DNA from: Nemertoderma westbladi
Taxonomy: Eukaryota > Animalia > Xenacoelomorpha
Assembly (NCBI GenBank): GCA_032718475.1
Contig: JAUCBJ010008354.1
Span: 62,001 to 126,000, forward strand
DNA: 64,000 nt
Direction of reading: 5' to 3'
The translations under genes and the position numbers were made by a program. Shown here piece after piece: positions 58,672 through 64,000 of the stretch; the first letter of the stretch is position 1; each line of letters opens with the position of its first letter. A model generated the notes under the pieces. It ran no database searches. It was not told where the DNA came from and saw only the letters and a list, made by a program, of their open reading frames with translations.

Positions 58672-60045
58672 TGTTCGCGCTTTTACACTTAGACTTCAAT
58701 AATTTTCACCGTTAAATTTTATTATCACAGAAATATATTTTCGTGTTTGCGAAACGTTTTAACATAAGATATAAATCACCTAGCGTGGCATAATGACCCA
58801 CAAACTATGGGAGCATGAAATATATCGGCTCAGTAATTTAGGCTGGATATGTATCTTTCGATTGATCCTCGCTATATAATTTCTAACAATTATGTTCACT
58901 TACGGGATAGTATTAATAGTTCCGTTTCATTTCAGGAGTTGCGCTCTAGATAATAAACAGGTCTACGTCTTATGGCAATTATAACAACTTGTTAATGAAA
59001 CTCACTCGAAGACTTAGTCGAGTTAACGCTCGATCTCTAAACAGGCTATCAACATTTCAAAACGGAGCCAGGAAACGCAGGAAGCACTCGAATCAAATAA
59101 ATTTATTATTTTCATTCAATTTGGTGAGTTTGGTTCCAAGGATGAGAGGAGGAGTTTGAATAGTTTGGCTACATACATCCGCTAACCATCCAGATAGAGC
59201 AGTGTTCTTGAATATTGTGTTGATAGCCAATGATGGACGAAGGGGTACACTCATAAAACTCTAAACCGCACCGCGAGCAGTTAAAAGGTCCATTGAAGTA
59301 TAAACAAGAATATTGGTCTCCATAGATCTAGAGATATTTGAGAGGATTTCCCTCTTTAAAGTTCCACCCATCCTCTTGGAAGGCGAGGTGTCCAATAGAA
59401 GTTCTCTGGAATTAGTTTTCATTATCGAAAGTAACGACACCATACATTTCGATATATTATAAGATTCTTTCCATTCAGTGGTGACCCTTTGGATTGTCAT
59501 ACTCACCGGTTGCCAGATCATAATTCGTTCATTCATGAGGGGTTCTCGGGTTTAATAATATAGTATTGGGATAGATATAAGGGTGGTCTTTGATCCCGTA
59601 AAATGAGTCTAGTAAGGGTCGAGCCCAAAGGTTTAACCTATCGTATCATTCGGCTGACTAAGTCAGCACTATTATCGGGTGGTTCCACTAATTCTCCGTC
59701 CACTCGAGTGAATTCAACAGATGGTCGCTGTTGCATAGGGGCATCCATGATAAGCTCGTTTGAACGCAAGTCCGTGTTGACTGGTTGAGGTTGACCTACA
59801 GCGAAGAGTTTATCTTCAAAATAAGGAGTCATAGAGGGATGAATTACAGTTTTGGAAATGAGGTGATCTATTTCTTTCTAGCGTTTTTGTTACTACGGTG
59901 ACAATGATACGAGACATATAATTTCTAACAAATATGTTCACTTACGGTATATTATTAATAGTTTCGTTTCAGGTGTTACGCTCTAGATAATAAACAGGTC
60001 TACCTCTTAAGGCAATTACAACAGCTTGTTAATGAAAATCACTGT
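58672..60045 (-). mobile_element. Old, fragmented relative of family A (LTR end plus ORF-X pieces)
   Basis: TGTTCGCGCTTTT terminus; peptides PQPVNTDLRS...VDGELVEPPDN and FMSVPLRPSLAI...GWLADVCS match ORF-X; 58875-59005 is repeated at 59915-60042. Confidence 0.75.
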
Positions 60046-60388
60046 CTGCATGCTCTTTAGAAGCATGGTAGACTTGCTGGCTTAATGATCAAAACTCGCC
60101 AATACGTGATGGCAAAAAACAACAAATACACCAATTATAAATAACGATATATAAAATACTCCTTTACACTCTCCGGTCATACACCAGTAAATAAGTTTAT
60201 CAAATACTTGCAGAATACTTACCAAAAAATACAATAAATGGGCCAGGTTTACAATATAAATCAGTAAATATCTATGCACTCAATTCCTACTAATTACAAT
60301 GGCCTATCGAAACAGTAGAAATAAGTATATTAATAGAACAAATAAGCAAATCAAAAACACTCGAGGGGGGCTGAGAGTTGGTTATTAC

Positions 60389-61734
60389 TGTTAGCGCTTT
60401 TAGTAAATTATGTTATTTCACTCTCAATTTTCATATATTTTGACTCTTTTCTGTTACTTAATAAACCATGCAAAAATGAAGGCAAGATGTCCGGTCTGAT
60501 ACAATAAACGGGATTGCGCGTGTACCTGTCAACAAGGGCCGCACACTGTATCTGTTTATTTACCCCTTTTTTCCTTCGATGCATTGATTTGCTCTATATT
60601 TCACTTAGTTCAATACGGTATTTGATTATCTATTGTATTTGACTGAGATACTATACCGGGAGGGTGTGACAAGTAAATAACAAGTAAATGACTGACTAAT
60701 TAATTCTGTAAGAACTGAAGTCTGGTGATTGTGTTTCCCTTTAGGGGAAACGTATAGTGACAAGTCTTTGGGTCTAATTATATTGATATCACTACAGTAT
60801 TCAATTTGTGACAACTCTCAATCGTGATGTAATTAATAATGAGAGCTTTGCTTATATTAATGGTCTGAAATATCGCCATATTATATTAATTATTTAGTAA
60901 GTCAGAGATATGACAATACACAAATCTGATACAATTGTCCAGATTATCACTGATACTTAATTACAGAAACCCACCTGTTGTGGCGCGTGCAAAACCTCCT
61001 TGATTACGATATCAGCGATATATTAAGCAAATAATAAAGATAAATATAATAAACCAGTAGAATATACAATGTAGCGATGAATAATTACAATTCAATTATT
61101 AACTCTTTAAGTTTAGACCTTAGGCCTGTAATAACCACCAGTCAATTAAACTTGACCGGGGACTGTGACGGGATCAGAGGATCCCGACTGGTTAATTTGT
61201 GTTACGCGTCACCGCACGATTGGAAAATAATAGTTTGTTGTTATTCTGATGTTGATATAGACTAATGATAATATAATATACGTAATAGCACAGTTGAAAT
61301 AATGCAGTAAAGAATGATGTACCGGTAGTGATTGATAATATAGGTGACGGACGGTGACAGTACAAAGTGTCACCGATCTGCTCTACATGACTGAGATAAC
61401 TGAATGGTAATGCAAATTGATTGATAATATATATTTACTCTTACACCACTGTGGCCTTAGTACCTAGCGGATGCTCTCCCTTGTCCCTGATTGGCTAGTG
61501 CGCTAATTCTCGGCTCCCACCTCTGTGGGAGTGCTTCCCCCCGCTGCTGTTACTTTCCCTCTCCAGGAGGTTTAACCTCTGACCTCTCTTTGTGTGGCCC
61601 TTTGGGGTTCGTTGTCCCTGTTATTGGTTGTGTGATACGAGGTTGGTTGTGATTAACCTCGTATCCCCAATATTGCTAAAAGGGGCGCCCTTCCCAACTT
61701 TATGGGGTGGTGAGCGGAATTGAATCCGCTCACA
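60389..61734 (-). repeat. Probable 3' LTR of B2 (about 1.35 kb)
   Basis: Start fixed by PPT GGGGGGGAG|TGT. End inferred from AAAAGCGCTAACA, which resembles the family A end AAAGCGCGAACA. No second full LTR is available to confirm. Confidence 0.55.
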
Positions 61735-62442
61735 CTCCCCCCCATGCTATCTTCCCGGTGAGAAGATAGCATCACCAATGAGTGCGCTTCAATTCCGCTG
61801 GAACCCGATCTACTATCGGGTGTGGGGTGGAGTTCTCTTAAATGGAGTCGGCTTTCCAGGCCGCTCCATCTGGGTATGATGTTACTACCCTCTCTTGGTG
61901 CAACTCCAACCTATGTTGCACCAAGACATCTGGCATCTCAGTTCGAGACAATTGTGGATTTCTCTCACACAATTTTATCTCCCCACTACTCTCTTCACTC
62001 TAACTCCACTCTGACTGACTCTAACTTCTCCACTCTCACCCTGATTCTCCTCTACTTCTCTTCTACTTTCACTCTAACTTTCGTACCCCCTGTCCCTCAC
62101 TCTGTCTCTTACTCCTCCCCCCCACACTTGAATTGCACTCGCATTCTCTCTACGTGCCTCAACACTTGGCTACTTTTAACCCATTCACTCCTGATGAGCC
62201 TCACCCTCCCCTTCCGTGCCGTCGCACCTAAGAAGCGTCAAGTGTGTAGTGCTACGTCTAGTCTCTCGTCCTCATGTCATAGTCAATTGGCCCCCAGTCC
62301 CAGTAGCTAATTGGAAAAAGGTTACATGACTATAGTACTTACTTTGGTTATATTGGTTATATGATTATATTCTATTCTAATGATTATTACATACGTACAT
62401 ACTAATTGCACTTTTAATTAAATTTGCACTTAGGAGTTTGTA

Positions 62443-64000
62443 TTACGACACCTTCATAGCCCGCGGCACATGCTCCGCCAAGAAATCTCTGAACTCTCCC
62501 CGGTTCTCTGGCGTCCACCGGTTTAAATACCTCTGTGTATTTATCACTCCGGCATACGACGCCGCCGTTGACACTTCCTGATAAGTAAACGGAAGTCTCC
62601 GTTTGATGATTTCCAGGTGGGCCTCCTGGTTAATATTAAAGAAGCCCCACCGGAATTCCTGGGCCTTCATCCGCTGCCGCATCATGACGCCAAACATCGG
62701 CCCACTCCTCGAAGATCCTAAACTTCTCCTTGTTGTCCATCCAGTCGCACTGGCGTCCGTAGTGCCCCCAGAAGTTGCACTTAGAACGCCCCCATCCTAT
62801 GACTCGACTCGCGGCAATAGAGGCAGCTTGTTCCCCTTTGGAATCGGTACAAGCAGCTCCTTTCCTGGTGAGTTTGCCTCCTGCAGTAATCGCAGCCGAG
62901 TACCAGTGCCTCCCGCCCCACGTCGTCTTTCGTGCCAAGCGATCTCCTCGGTCTATGGAGTCGCTGGTAAGCGAACTTCTGGACATTAGCGTCCCTGTCC
63001 ATGTCCATCTCCTCGCCTCGCCTGGGCATCGTCTCTCCGAATACTACCCGTGGTGCCGTTCCCGGTTCATCGCCCAACCTGATGGTGCTCCCCGCGAAAT
63101 CCATCGCCAGCTCTCATGCACCCAGGCCCGCTTGCCGGGTCTATCCCAGAAGGCCCTCGCCCCGCTGGCCATCACCACTCTCCCGCCAACCCAGTCTGTG
63201 TCCGAGTGGCCGATTCTCCCGATGGGCGGCATCTCTCCGAACTCATCGTCATCCTCGTCCTCCTCTGGGAGTGGCTCCAAACCCGGATCCAGTGGATCCA
63301 CTGTGTCCCTTCCCACCTTGGCTCTCGCCCGTGACTCTCCATCCTTCCAGTTCCCCTGGCATTCTCTCCACGAAATCGCCCTCGGCGCCCGCTGGTATGG
63401 GCGTCGTCCTCAATCCCGATGTCGACTGTTTCGGTGATCCTACCGTCCACCCCAATTCTCGCCCTAGAGACTCGCCCGAACTCCCTGATGTCAAGTGTAG
63501 ATCGTCCAAGGCTGCCTGTTCCTCGAACCCATAGCCCTCTCCTCTAGCTTCCGCCTCCCTTTCTTCTGCCTCCCTCCTTTCTCGTCTAGCGATTTCTTCC
63601 AATCGCTTTGCCTCTCGTCTATCCGCCTCTCGCTGCTCCCACCTCTGATATGGCGTATCAACCTCCCTGTCTACTAGATATCGCAGTTATAATATACCGA
63701 CTCGCCCTTCAGCCCCGGGTGGTCTACCAGACCCCCGAAAGCCACTTTGAAGGCTCTTCTGTAGTTCAGGGGTGATCCCGATAGCAGAAATGCCGTTGGC
63801 TCTCTCTCGATAACCACGGTCATGAATAGGTTTAGCAAACCTATCATTATCCAGTCCTCCTGCAGGATATATTGCTTCTGATATATCTTTTTCGCTCCTC
63901 TCTGGAATTGATGCACCTCCAGCATCCCCACATGCATCCCCACTTCAGCGAGTTCGCCAACTCCGCTCCATACTCCTCCCTGAATTTGCCCCAGTCTATT
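62443..64000 (-). pseudogene. B2 accessory exonuclease/zinc-knuckle ORF, multiply frameshifted, C-terminus deleted
   Basis: YQKQYILQEDWIM, CDYCRRQTHQERSC, FEEWAD and RWGFFNINQE match B1. Confidence 0.85.

Larger units (their letters stand above)
60389..64000 (-). mobile_element. Family B copy B2, 3' part (continues beyond window)
   Basis: 61700-64000 is homologous to 12545-15110. Confidence 0.85.

Noticed and set aside
61718-61734. lac operator-like TGTGAGCGGATTCAATT on the minus strand
   Set aside because: It is the LTR-start hairpin of B2, and the B1 homologue differs; chance resemblance, not vector sequence.
62185-62215. Hammerhead ribozyme core CTGATGAG
   Set aside because: No downstream GAAA with a stem II, and the motif is not conserved in B1.

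Overview
This is eukaryotic (most likely animal) repeat-dense DNA with no recognisable host gene. It is a nest of transposons dominated by two distinct Bel/Pao LTR retrotransposon families. Family A has three copies (1-12533 +, 19041-38330 -, 48342-55359 +) plus an older relic near 58.7-60.0 kb. Family B has two copies (12534-46780 -, interrupted three times, and 60389->64000 -). Also present are an apparently intact P/THAP9-type DNA transposon, non-autonomous piggyBac-like and EnSpm/CACTA-like elements, and LINE fragments. Main finding: both Bel/Pao families carry a large extra ORF between pol and the 3' LTR, where env would sit. It encodes a DnaQ/DEDDy-like 3'-5' exonuclease fold followed by three Cys/His zinc knuckles. 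In family A this ORF follows a conserved in-frame UGA-C that looks like a readthrough site and is preceded by a covarying RNA structure. The only visible primer-binding site is not TGG/tRNA-type but is a perfect 12-nt complement of a sequence inside the element's own LTR, suggesting self-priming. All assignments come from motif recognition by eye; no database searches were run.
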